Shown here in pieces: positions 36,915-45,496 of a DNA stretch of 64,000 nt. The DNA is taken from IMG/VR virus record IMGVR_UViG_3300032291_003663, positions 27,060 through 91,059 of that record, one strand, 5' to 3'. Made by a program: the position numbers and the translations under genes. The number at the start of each line of letters is the position of its first letter. The first letter of the stretch is position 1. The notes beneath the pieces were generated by a model. The model made no database searches, was not told the origin of the DNA, and saw only the letters and a list, made by a program, of their open reading frames with translations. The stretch comes from a virus.

Positions 36915-37235
36915 ATGACAAAAGAACAATTGTTAGAGAAATTACAAAGTTCGGAAGAACTAATTAGAATTGCTTACATTCCGGTTTCGGAAGTAATTAA
37001 TTGGATTAATGAACTTGAAGAAACTAAAGCAACTTTTACTAATGAACAAATTAAAGAGTTTGCTGAAACTATAACTGGTCGAATTACAGATATGGGGATT
37101 GATGCTATTGATGATTATGATTTATCTATGAGTTATAGAGAAGTGGAACTTGACAGTATTGATTTTGATTCTAGTAAGATTCAAAGAACAATTGAATCTG
37201 AACTTGAAGAATTATTTTCGGTAAATGAAGATTAA
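36915..37235 (+). CDS. acidic hypothetical protein
   Basis: ORF track; own promoter. Confidence 0.75.
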   Translation: MTKEQLLEKLQSSEELIRIAYIPVSEVINWINELEETKATFTNEQIKEFAETITGRITDMGIDAIDDYDLSMSYREVELDSIDFDSSKIQRTIESELEELFSVNED

Positions 37236-37240
37236 AACAA

Positions 37241-37280
37241 CGGAACAGGAGGGGAACGCAATTCCCCTTCTTATTTTTAT
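37241..37280 (+). repeat. hairpin family 2 overlapping promoter (other copies near 37623-37660 and 38909-38947)
   Basis: GAGGGG(AA)-loop-(TT)CCCCT followed by TTAT[AT]TTT. Confidence 0.7.
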
Positions 37281-37300
37281 TTAAACAAAAATTAAAAATC

Positions 37301-37618
37301 ATGGTTGAAATTAAAAATGCAAACCTAAATGTGATGGCCGCCTTTATAATTAAGATAGGCGAACTTCAAGTAACAGCTGAAGCCCAAATGTGGGTTTATA
37401 AGGATAAGGATGGTACTAAAACAGTTGATACCGACTTTGCTGACATTACAGATATTACCTATATGGGTATTCCTATTGTAGGATATGAAAGTTTTAATAA
37501 ATTCAAGAAATTCCATAAGGAAATGGGAATTGATTTTGAGAAAGCGATTCATAATGAATATGAGAAAGTAATGGGGGATGATGCCGTAAAAGAATTAGCT
37601 AAGAAAATAACATTCTAA
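37301..37618 (+). CDS. hypothetical protein
   Basis: ORF track. Confidence 0.75.
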   Translation: MVEIKNANLNVMAAFIIKIGELQVTAEAQMWVYKDKDGTKTVDTDFADITDITYMGIPIVGYESFNKFKKFHKEMGIDFEKAIHNEYEKVMGDDAVKELAKKITF

Positions 37619-37677
37619 ATACGGAAAGAGAGGGGAACACAACCCCTCTTTTTATATTTATTTATAAATTAAACATT

Positions 37678-37863
37678 ATGACTAAAATTATTAAAGAATT
37701 AGTTTTTGGTGTACCGCGTACCGGTGAAAAATTTAAAGATAAAATTGAAATTAAGTCAACGTATCCTAAGAAGTGGACAGGTAGTGACTCAGAATATTTT
37801 GTTTGGTGTAGAGAATATAAGGTAGGAATTCTAACAGATAAAACAAAATTTATATTTAGTTAA
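37678..37863 (+). CDS. hypothetical protein
   Basis: ORF track. Confidence 0.65.
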   Translation: MTKIIKELVFGVPRTGEKFKDKIEIKSTYPKKWTGSDSEYFVWCREYKVGILTDKTKFIFS

Positions 37864-37914
37864 ACCCAATTTTTTTATATATATTTAGTGTATTAAAAAA
37901 TTAAAATAAAGGTT

Positions 37915-38298
37915 ATGTCAACAAGATCAATTATTGGGAAACAAAATCCCGACGACACAGTTAGTTTTATCTATTGTCACTTTGATGGTTATCCGAGTGG
38001 TGTAGGACAAACACTAGTAGAAAACTACAAGACAGAAACGTATGTAGACGAACTACTAAAGTTAGGTGATTTGAGTATATTAGATAAGTATTTAGGTGAA
38101 GTACAAGATTTTAAAGACCCACGTCCCGAATGGTGTTTAGCATACGGGAGAGATAGAGGTGAGAGTAATACAGAATATCAAACAGTACCATATGATACTT
38201 TCTTTGAAAGTAGCGTACGGGGTGAAGATTACAAATATCTATTTAAAGATAATATCTGGACTTGTTATGATTACAATGGTAATCCAGTTCAATTATAA
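37915..38298 (+). CDS. conserved phage protein (MSTRS...YCHxDGYP family)
   Basis: MSTRSIIG...IYCHFDGYPSGVG...AYGRDRGE. Confidence 0.8.
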   Translation: MSTRSIIGKQNPDDTVSFIYCHFDGYPSGVGQTLVENYKTETYVDELLKLGDLSILDKYLGEVQDFKDPRPEWCLAYGRDRGESNTEYQTVPYDTFFESSVRGEDYKYLFKDNIWTCYDYNGNPVQL

Positions 38299-38387
38299 AG
38301 AGTGTTCATACTTTTAATTTTAGCAGATGCGGGTTCCATTGTGAACCCAATTCTGTTTTGTATATTTAAGTTATAAAATTAATAATT

Positions 38388-38573
38388 ATGAAAATTGAAT
38401 TAGTAAAAGAGTTAGACAGTATAGGCGACATTACCTATTACATCAAAGTAGATGACAAATTCCAATCAGGTACTATTAGATTAAAATTACCAGAAGCAAT
38501 GGAAGTGTATGAAAATGTAAAAGCGAATTACAGTAAATCAAGAGTGGAGGTATTAATTCAAGAAGAAATTTAA
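38388..38573 (+). CDS. hypothetical protein
   Basis: ORF track; own promoter. Confidence 0.65.
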   Translation: MKIELVKELDSIGDITYYIKVDDKFQSGTIRLKLPEAMEVYENVKANYSKSRVEVLIQEEI

Positions 38574-38633
38574 TTAAGTTTTTTTTGTAACCCAATTATG
38601 TTGTGTATATTTAATTAAATAAAATTAAAAATT

Positions 38634-38906
38634 ATGACTCCATTTCAACAAGCCTTAATTCAGGCATCAGAGGGTAAATTACAAACCCCGACAGTATCAA
38701 CTTCAAATGGTAATATCAATTATTTTGGTTACCAATTAGCAGTGCATAAGTATAATCTTAGCTTAATGGCTGTAGGTGTTCACAGTCGAGGTATTAAATT
38801 AAAAGACATAAAGAATTATTATGGTCTTAAAGGTAAAACAGCAGCCGATTGTTTACCTCAATTTGTCCAGTTAATGGAATCATTTAAAGAGGCTCTTAAA
38901 GGTTAG
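38634..38906 (+). CDS. hypothetical protein
   Basis: KLKDIKNYYGLKG; own promoter. Confidence 0.75.
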   Translation: MTPFQQALIQASEGKLQTPTVSTSNGNINYFGYQLAVHKYNLSLMAVGVHSRGIKLKDIKNYYGLKGKTAADCLPQFVQLMESFKEALKG

Positions 38907-38965
38907 ATGAAACAGGAGGGGAACATAATTCCCCTCCTTATATTTAATTTATAAATAAAAAGGTT

Positions 38966-39103
38966 ATGAAAAATAAAAACGACATTGACGTCACAATTCC
39001 CTTTATTGCTTTAATTTTAATCCTTGTATTAGCTCTTTCTAGCTGTGCCCGTAACGGATATGGTTGTCATGGTAGAAGTAAGATAATGACTCGAGTACGT
39101 TAA
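38966..39103 (+). CDS. small lipoprotein (45 aa, not in ORF track)
   Basis: ...IALILILVLALSS-CARNGYGCHGRSKIMTRVR; lipobox LSSC. Confidence 0.7.
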   Translation: MKNKNDIDVTIPFIALILILVLALSSCARNGYGCHGRSKIMTRVR

Positions 39104-39163
39104 AATATTCATTTATTAACCCTGTTTTTTTTTGTATATTTAATTAAACAAAAATTAAAACAT

Positions 39164-39406
39164 ATGAATATTGAAATTGTAAATGAAAATGAAAACTATT
39201 GGTACCACAATAGAAAAGGCTTAGTATGTAAGATAGTAGACGATGAAGATGATCAATATGTAGTAAAAGTATGGCTAAATAAAAATTATATGAATCTAGC
39301 TTTTATTGATAAGTGTGATTGTGTTGTTAGTGAGAAAAAGGCATTTAATAAACAACAGACAATTAATTTAGTAGGTGATTATTTAGGATGGAGTAAATGT
39401 GTTTAA
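39164..39406 (+). CDS. hypothetical protein
   Basis: ORF track; own promoter. Confidence 0.7.
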   Translation: MNIEIVNENENYWYHNRKGLVCKIVDDEDDQYVVKVWLNKNYMNLAFIDKCDCVVSEKKAFNKQQTINLVGDYLGWSKCV

Positions 39407-39466
39407 AGTATTCATTTGTAAACTAAACAAATCATATTACATTTAATTAAACAAAAATTAAAACGT

Positions 39467-39664
39467 ATGAACACATTTAAATTTATTACTGCAAATGAAA
39501 GAGCAGAAATGATCGTAGAAGAATTAGGAAGTAAAGTAACAGTAGAACCTTATGATGATGAATGTAGTAGAGTAACATTTACTGATCTTACTGATTTTGA
39601 TTTGTTATTATTGTTGCATGCTGGAATAAGGTATGGAGCGAATATATTTAATAAGGTTAGATAG
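39467..39664 (+). CDS. hypothetical protein
   Basis: ORF track; own promoter. Confidence 0.7.
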   Translation: MNTFKFITANERAEMIVEELGSKVTVEPYDDECSRVTFTDLTDFDLLLLLHAGIRYGANIFNKVR

Positions 39665-39796
39665 ATATGGTAATAAAGAAATGCTCTAGCAATGGGGCAT
39701 TTCATTTGTAAACCTTATTATTTTAATTATATTTAATTAATAAAGTTAATAATAATAATATTATTAATTATTTTTTAAAAATTAAAATTAAAGAAA

Positions 39797-40171
39797 ATGA
39801 GTAAAAAAATGACAAATGTAGAAATTAACGCAATTGTTAATTCTATAAGGGACAAAGTTGATGCTGCTAAAGAAAAAGCAATTAGTGTAAAATTAAGTAA
39901 GGACAAAAATTATCAGTTGTTTAAAAAATTACATGCTGAAGAAAAAGTAATGCAAGGTAAAGTAAATGAATTAAGTAGGAAGGTTAATTGTATTAGTAGT
40001 GAATTAAATAGTAAATATGGAGTTACATTTAGGAGTGAAGGAGGAATATATAATAGTGATAGCTACAAAATACAGCAGGAGGTATATAATAAAGTAGTAT
40101 TATTAAATATTAATAGTGGAATTGATGTTGAAGCGTTAATTGAAAAATTGGCTGCTGAATATATTAAATAA
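39797..40171 (+). CDS. coiled-coil hypothetical protein
   Basis: ORF track; own promoter. Confidence 0.7.
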   Translation: MSKKMTNVEINAIVNSIRDKVDAAKEKAISVKLSKDKNYQLFKKLHAEEKVMQGKVNELSRKVNCISSELNSKYGVTFRSEGGIYNSDSYKIQQEVYNKVVLLNINSGIDVEALIEKLAAEYIK

Positions 40172-40180
40172 TTAAATTAA

Positions 40181-40203
40181 GGGTCCTACGTAATGTAGGA
40201 CCC
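40181..40203 (+). terminator. hairpin (terminator or RNA processing site)
   Basis: GGGTCCTAC-GTAAT-GTAGGACCC. Confidence 0.55.
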
Positions 40204-40230
40204 ATTATTAAAAATTAAAACTATTGATTT

Positions 40231-40632
40231 ATGTATAATCCAATGAATATAATATTAAATAAAGATGAATGTAAAGCTAGTTTAATACTAAGGGATATAG
40301 TTATAAAGGATTTAAAAAATATGACTGGTGGACAATGGTATATAAGTTTTAATGATATATATTATACCAAGGAACATGTTGTTAGAAGATTAAAAATAGG
40401 TTGTGGTAAAATAATAAATAAAGATACATGGTTAATTTGGGCTAGTAAAATAAAACAAATGAAATACGATAATAAATTTATTGTTGAATTTGATGAATTA
40501 GAACAAAGGATATCTGATAAACGTTTAGGACAGCTTGTAATTAGTAATCCTGAATATTATGTGAATTTTAACTATGCTGAATATTTAAAATCAAATGATA
40601 CATTTATAGTTAGGATTAAATGGAAACATTAA
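40231..40632 (+). CDS. hypothetical protein
   Basis: ORF track. Confidence 0.65.
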   Translation: MYNPMNIILNKDECKASLILRDIVIKDLKNMTGGQWYISFNDIYYTKEHVVRRLKIGCGKIINKDTWLIWASKIKQMKYDNKFIVEFDELEQRISDKRLGQLVISNPEYYVNFNYAEYLKSNDTFIVRIKWKH

Positions 40633-40728
40633 TATAAATAGAGGCGCCTCAAATCGAGGCGCTTCATTTGTAAACCTTATAAATTTAATTATATTTAATT
40701 ATTAAATAATTAATTAAAATTAAAAATT

Positions 40729-40968
40729 ATGACTAAGTTTACCCTCATTGATGGCGACATGGATTATAGCGTTTATGAACACGTTATTAGTGGTCGAATG
40801 ACTAAATTAAGATACCAAATAATTAACCGCTATGCTCGAAAGAAAAGCTGGCGTGAAAGCTGTGGACACGAGTGGGATTGCTGTGGATGCATGTATGCTC
40901 AAGGTATGAAATTGGAATATAAAGATAATAAATGGGTATTATATAAATCAGAGCATTTTAATTATTAA
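40729..40968 (+). CDS. Cys-motif protein (CxHxxDCCGC)
   Basis: SCGHEWDCCGC. Confidence 0.75.
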   Translation: MTKFTLIDGDMDYSVYEHVISGRMTKLRYQIINRYARKKSWRESCGHEWDCCGCMYAQGMKLEYKDNKWVLYKSEHFNY

Positions 40969-41050
40969 TAAACAGAGGCGCCTCATAACGAGGCGCTTCA
41001 TTTATAAACTCAATAATATTAATTACATTTAAGTTATAAAATTAAAACAT

Positions 41051-41230
41051 ATGAAACAATTAATCATTTCACTTCTGGTATCATTCACTGTATTGTATTT
41101 AGTAGTAGCATTCATAGGCCTTGTTCCTAATGTAACTGAGTGGGGAGCAGGTGGACGTGCTGCTTACCTATTATTTGGGACTATATTTGGGGCTGTGGGT
41201 TATACTGTATATTTCGAAATAGGAAAGTAA
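41051..41230 (+). CDS. 2-TM membrane protein (59 aa, not in ORF track)
   Basis: MKQLIISLLVSFTVLYLVVAFIGLVPNVTEWGAGGRAAYLLFGTIFGAVGYTVYFEIGK. Confidence 0.7.
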   Translation: MKQLIISLLVSFTVLYLVVAFIGLVPNVTEWGAGGRAAYLLFGTIFGAVGYTVYFEIGK

Positions 41231-41244
41231 TATAATAACAAAAA

Positions 41245-41278
41245 GATAGGGCGCGCTCCGTAGGGGCGTGCCTTTCTC
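41245..41278 (+). terminator. GC-rich terminator hairpin closing the early array
   Basis: AGGGCGCGCTCC/GGGGCGTGCCTT hairpin followed by TCTC. Confidence 0.65.
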
Positions 41279-41279
41279 T

Positions 41280-41515
41280 ATCTTCAAAAAGAAGGAATAT
41301 TCGATAGCGCTGCGCACACGTTACGATGGCGAAACGACCCCACGGCAATAGCGGTCCATCGACGCGGTGCATATATGGCGACGGTTGCCCCGTACTCACA
41401 GATAAACTACAAATCTCGAGCCCACCCCTCATATATACAAATATACTACCAAAATCATTATAACCCATTCACGCAAAAATCCACGAGGGCGTAACCCCTT
41501 TTTTCTACGATCTTT
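41280..41515. other. GC/CpG-rich non-coding block (candidate terminus or packaging site)
   Basis: GC well above background, many CG dinucleotides, C-rich second half; no credible ORF. Confidence 0.4.
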
Positions 41516-41682
41516 TTTGGAAACCCAAATGTATATACATATCTTTATAAATAAAACACAATAATATGAAATCAAAATTTAAAACCATTGCTATATTATT
41601 TTTTATTACAATAATAACAAATCCAGGTTGTTAATTAATTAACCGAGCATCAGCCTACAGCACATACAATAAAAAATAAATT

Positions 41683-41877
41683 ATGATATATTTAATAAGT
41701 TATTGGATATTAACAACAGTATATGGTGTATATTGGTGCATTACAAATCCTTCAATATTAGAGGATAGGGAGTATTTTACAATATTAGACATAATGGCAT
41801 ATACAGTCCCATCAATGATTGTTGCACCCTTCGCTGTTCCATTAATGTTACTAAATCAAATTAAATTTAAACGATAA
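41683..41877 (+). CDS. small membrane protein
   Basis: Two hydrophobic segments. Confidence 0.65.
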   Translation: MIYLISYWILTTVYGVYWCITNPSILEDREYFTILDIMAYTVPSMIVAPFAVPLMLLNQIKFKR

Positions 41878-41959
41878 GTTATGGAACAATCAATAAACAT
41901 AAGTGATTTATTTAATCCAACCACAGAAAAAAGTCAAGAACATTTAAATAATAAATGAT

Positions 41960-42292
41960 ATGGAGACTTATAAAAGCGATTACAAGAAACCAAAATGGAC
42001 ATTTCACTTCTATAAGAACTATAGATTTGTATTGATTCCTGAAAAGTGGAGAGTGAAAGAACTATTATGGAAAGATAAATTTGGTACTCCACGTTGCGAA
42101 GTACCACCTTATATTAGAATTGAATGGTTGTGGTTTGGATTTCGTGCTACACAAGGAGATGATGCTCAATGGGAACAGTGGTTATGGGTTCATATGTATT
42201 ATGATGGTGATGTAGATAAAGCAGAGAAAGAGTGGGAATGGATTGATGGTCAAACTAAAAAGTCTACTTGGGACGATACATTTGGAAAATGA
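41960..42292 (+). CDS. Trp-rich hypothetical protein
   Basis: LLWKDKFGTPRCE...WEQWLW. Confidence 0.75.
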   Translation: METYKSDYKKPKWTFHFYKNYRFVLIPEKWRVKELLWKDKFGTPRCEVPPYIRIEWLWFGFRATQGDDAQWEQWLWVHMYYDGDVDKAEKEWEWIDGQTKKSTWDDTFGK

Positions 42293-42392
42293 TTAAAATA
42301 ATATACTTAATATTTCAACTAGTAGTAGCAGCATCCATACCTTTAGGATTATTATGGATAGCAATTAAAATATCTGATAAAATAAATAAGTT

Positions 42393-42611
42393 ATGAAGAA
42401 GACAGCAATGGAACTAGCACTAGCTAGAATAGAGTTAATGAAGGATATAAGTCCAGATAGTATACATTGGAAAATGTTTAAAGATAATTATATTCAACAA
42501 GAAGAGCAACAGATTCAAAATGCTTATTGGGTAGCATATAAAGAAGGTCAGTATAGTGGTGATAGAACAGCAGAAGAATATTATAATGAAACATTTAAAG
42601 ATAATATATGA
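42393..42611 (+). CDS. KTAM/QTAV-family small protein
   Basis: EEQQIQNAY...AEEYYNETF. Confidence 0.75.
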   Translation: MKKTAMELALARIELMKDISPDSIHWKMFKDNYIQQEEQQIQNAYWVAYKEGQYSGDRTAEEYYNETFKDNI

Positions 42612-42859
42612 TTTACATTTATTATGCATGCCGTGAAGACAATAAGTCTCCAATAACCGCATCAAATACATTTGAAGGACTGTTAGAAGCCGTGGATGAT
42701 TATATGGGTGCTAATAGTAAATATAAGAATAGTGGTAAGAGGATTAAGTATGAACCATTCTATAGTAAATACCCTTCAGAATTTGAAGGAACTATAACCT
42801 ATCAAACACCAGAGGAAGAAAGGGTGAGTGTTTATATAGTTGACTTTAATCAAAAATAA
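42608..42859 (+). CDS. hypothetical protein
   Basis: ORF track, ATGA coupling. Confidence 0.65.
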   Translation: MIYIYYACREDNKSPITASNTFEGLLEAVDDYMGANSKYKNSGKRIKYEPFYSKYPSEFEGTITYQTPEEERVSVYIVDFNQK

Positions 42860-42860
42860 T

Positions 42861-43067
42861 ATGACACCAAAAGAAAAAGCAGCAGAATTAATTGTTAACT
42901 ATCAATTAAAATGTAAATCATTAAACTATGATGAAGCTAAACAATGTGCCTTAATAGCAGTAGATAATATAATATTAGCAAACCCACATAGCAATCCATT
43001 TAATACAGATGTTTATTCAACAATGAAATACTGGGCAGAAGTTAGAAAAGAAATAGAAAATCTATGA
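42861..43067 (+). CDS. MTPKEKA-family small protein, copy 2
   Basis: MTPKEKAAEL...AKQCALIAVD...YWAEVRKEIENL. Confidence 0.8.
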   Translation: MTPKEKAAELIVNYQLKCKSLNYDEAKQCALIAVDNIILANPHSNPFNTDVYSTMKYWAEVRKEIENL

Positions 43068-43297
43068 CACCAAAAGAAAAAGTAGAACAGCTAGTAGAAA
43101 GCTATAACGAGCTAGGTAAGGACTTTACGAGGGGTGTATCGATGAAAGAGTTTTCAAAGCAATGTGCATTAATAGCAGTAGATGAAATAATTAATACTTT
43201 AAACTTTGATATTAGAGATTTAGATGTAAGAGGAAATATTCTTTTAGATTTAATAAAATCTTGGAGAGAAGTTAAACAAGAAATAGAAAAGCTATGA
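43064..43297 (+). CDS. MTPKEKA-family small protein, copy 3
   Basis: MTPKEKVEQL...KQCALIAVDEI...WREVKQEIEKL. Confidence 0.8.
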   Translation: MTPKEKVEQLVESYNELGKDFTRGVSMKEFSKQCALIAVDEIINTLNFDIRDLDVRGNILLDLIKSWREVKQEIEKL

Positions 43298-43656
43298 AAC
43301 AACAAACAGCCGTAGAATGGTTAATAAATGAATTAGTAGAATTAGATAAACTATTAGATGGTAGACGCAAGAACGAAGATGATACTGTTTTTAAACTTCC
43401 ACCCGATAAATTATATGAGCAAGCACTTGAAAAAGAAAAAGAGCAGATACTAATTTCATTTAGTGTAGGAAATGATTGTGGATATTGTTTTGCAAAAACA
43501 GAAGATACTCAACAATATAATAGTGGAGAACAATACTATAACGAAACATTTAAATATGCTAAGATAGAACATGCCATAATAGAATGGTCTAATGATAATA
43601 CAAAGACAGCAGGTGAGTTAACAAGACAAATATTAAAACTAGTTGAAAATAAGTAA
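43294..43656 (+). CDS. QTAVEWL-family protein
   Basis: QTAVEWL...QALEKEKEQI...GEQYYNETF. Confidence 0.75.
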   Translation: MKQQTAVEWLINELVELDKLLDGRRKNEDDTVFKLPPDKLYEQALEKEKEQILISFSVGNDCGYCFAKTEDTQQYNSGEQYYNETFKYAKIEHAIIEWSNDNTKTAGELTRQILKLVENK

Positions 43657-43661
43657 TCAAA

Positions 43662-44141
43662 ATGATACGAATAACAATAGATGAAGCTAAACAGGATTAC
43701 TATCCCAGGCCAAACGGAATGTCGGTTAAATACGTAGACGCATTTACGCTCACACCGCTCAAGGATGAACAATATAAAAATTGTACCACCGCCGAATTTG
43801 TTAATTATTGGATTAAACGCCAACGTTTTGAAGCTCAACTATCATTTAACGAAGGATATATCTATATTTTAGAGAATAGGGGACAACCGGGTATACTAAA
43901 AATAGGGTATACGGATCGTACACCACAAGCGCGTGTTAGAGAAATTAACTCCGGTACGGGTGTTATCACCCCGTGGTTTATCGTTAATGCATTTCAATGT
44001 AAATCACCCGCACAGATCGAGTCTATTATACATTCCCAGCTTAATCAATATCGCATTAACAAGGAAGGATTCGGTATCACCATCTCCGCTGCCGAACAAA
44101 CTATCGTGCAAATTATCAACGAAAACCGCGCTAATATTTAA
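43662..44141 (+). CDS. T5orf172/GIY-YIG family protein
   Basis: GYIYIL...LKIGYTDRTPQARVREI...TGV..P...IESIIH...R..KEGF. Confidence 0.85.
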   Translation: MIRITIDEAKQDYYPRPNGMSVKYVDAFTLTPLKDEQYKNCTTAEFVNYWIKRQRFEAQLSFNEGYIYILENRGQPGILKIGYTDRTPQARVREINSGTGVITPWFIVNAFQCKSPAQIESIIHSQLNQYRINKEGFGITISAAEQTIVQIINENRANI

Positions 44142-44303
44142 ATGATTCTTATTTACACACAATCTACAATCGATTACATGCACAAGGTTAATCCTAATTC
44201 AATTGCTGCATTAGAGAAAAACCATGGCGTTCCCGAAATTAAAGAATTTATGTCTAAAAATGGGGATAATATTCGGTATTATGTATTTGCAGATAAACAA
44301 TAA
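44142..44303 (+). CDS. hypothetical protein (53 aa, not in ORF track)
   Basis: MILIYTQSTIDYMHKVNP...; TAATG coupling to next gene. Confidence 0.5.
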   Translation: MILIYTQSTIDYMHKVNPNSIAALEKNHGVPEIKEFMSKNGDNIRYYVFADKQ

Positions 44304-45187
44304 TGGTAAAATTAGCTACTACTCTAGATCGTCCGCCATCACTCTTCTTTAAAAAATGGATTGACTATCACACTTCATTATTTGATGTTAATTCATTTGT
44401 GTTCTTTAATCATAGTGATGATAATGAACAATTAGTGGATTATCTTGCTTCGATTGGTATGGATACTGTTACGTTTACTGTAACTGTATATACAGAGGGT
44501 AATGTTAAAGAGTTTGTACAATGCGGTCTTGATTCGAATAAATCGTTTATTATTCATTGCCCGTTAAAGTGTTTATTGAAGAATGAGTATAATGTTTATC
44601 ATTTGTCAATACACGAGTCTAATAACGTTATTAATTATATAAAGTCGGTTATTATAACCAATAACTATAAGTTAATATATCTGGATTTAGATGAATTAAT
44701 CGTTAGTAGCGACGTTAATTCTGTGTTAGAGGAAACGTTTGATCATATTGTTCCTATGGGATTTACTGTTATTCAAAATAGTAGTGAATCATGTCTTAAT
44801 TGGGATGTTCCTATACATAGGCAACGTTCATTTTGGCGTCGTGAGCCTTTCTTTTATGATAAACCTATTGTAATCGCTAAGGATTTAAATTGGGGAATTG
44901 GTAGACATCTTCATCATCATACTAATATGTTTGCTGATGGTGAGAATATTTTGGAAATTGAAGCTCGTCCCGATATTATTCTACTTCATTTACGTGATGT
45001 TTGTTTTGACTACTTGTTTGAGGAAAATCAACTTAGCTTAGAAATATATCCTAATAGCGAACAAAGACACCGTACTGTGTGGCAAGAAAAAGAATCATTT
45101 ATTCAATGGATAAATGAGGAACGCCGAGTTGATTTAGAACTCATCCCGGATGATATTATGTTATTACTTCAAAAATATAACATCTAA
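44303..45187 (+). CDS. GT-A fold glycosyltransferase-like protein
   Basis: KWIDYH, NHSDD, YLDLDELI, YDKP, WGIGRH, LLHL. Confidence 0.7.
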   Translation: MVKLATTLDRPPSLFFKKWIDYHTSLFDVNSFVFFNHSDDNEQLVDYLASIGMDTVTFTVTVYTEGNVKEFVQCGLDSNKSFIIHCPLKCLLKNEYNVYHLSIHESNNVINYIKSVIITNNYKLIYLDLDELIVSSDVNSVLEETFDHIVPMGFTVIQNSSESCLNWDVPIHRQRSFWRREPFFYDKPIVIAKDLNWGIGRHLHHHTNMFADGENILEIEARPDIILLHLRDVCFDYLFEENQLSLEIYPNSEQRHRTVWQEKESFIQWINEERRVDLELIPDDIMLLLQKYNI

Positions 45188-45189
45188 CA

Positions 45190-45198
45190 ATATTTATA
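45190..45198 (+). promoter_or_regulatory. putative late promoter ATATTTAT[AT] (also at 46915, 49795, 52380, 58464, 16201, 17968, 18408, 21063, 26560)
   Basis: Found a short distance upstream of start codons in the structural region, with no TTG/AACC box. Confidence 0.65.
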
Positions 45199-45220
45199 AT
45201 CAATTACATAAAAACGTACT

Positions 45221-45496
45221 ATGGCTGAATACTTAATGTATGATAAAGATAAAGCTGCCTTTATCAATCGAATGAATAAAATGTTAAAACAAGTTAAACC
45301 TAATCTTGAACTAGATAGTGTAAATTTTATTGATATACCTGGTAGTAACGATGGTGAAGACCAATGTATATTCGTTACGGATAGTATTATTGAGGAGAAA
45401 TTACTCGATACGTTAATTAGTAACCGAGCGTTTTCTTACACTATTAAAAAAATTCCTTTAAAGGAAATGATTAAAGCTTCTCGCACTTCTAAGTAA
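45221..45496 (+). CDS. hypothetical protein
   Basis: ORF track; late motif upstream. Confidence 0.7.
   Translation: MAEYLMYDKDKAAFINRMNKMLKQVKPNLELDSVNFIDIPGSNDGEDQCIFVTDSIIEEKLLDTLISNRAFSYTIKKIPLKEMIKASRTSK

Larger units (their letters stand above)
27527..41548 (+). promoter_or_regulatory. array of about 35 host-type early promoters TTG-x(0-3)-AAC[CT]-...-TAnATTTA, roughly one per gene
   Basis: Examples at 27527, 30178, 35174, 35759, 36844, 38586, 39706, 40668, 41518; 22-23 nt from TTG to TA matches the Bacteroidota -33/-7 spacing. Confidence 0.8.

Noticed and set aside
27527-41548. Integron/attC cassette array or CRISPR array
   Set aside because: No tyrosine recombinase or cas genes; repeats are degenerate, lack paired RYYYAAC/GTTRRRY boxes and constant spacer length, and fit promoter spacing
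28604-43297. Diversity-generating retroelement behind the MTPKEKA paralogs
   Set aside because: No reverse transcriptase in the window, and differences are not confined to adenines of a template repeat
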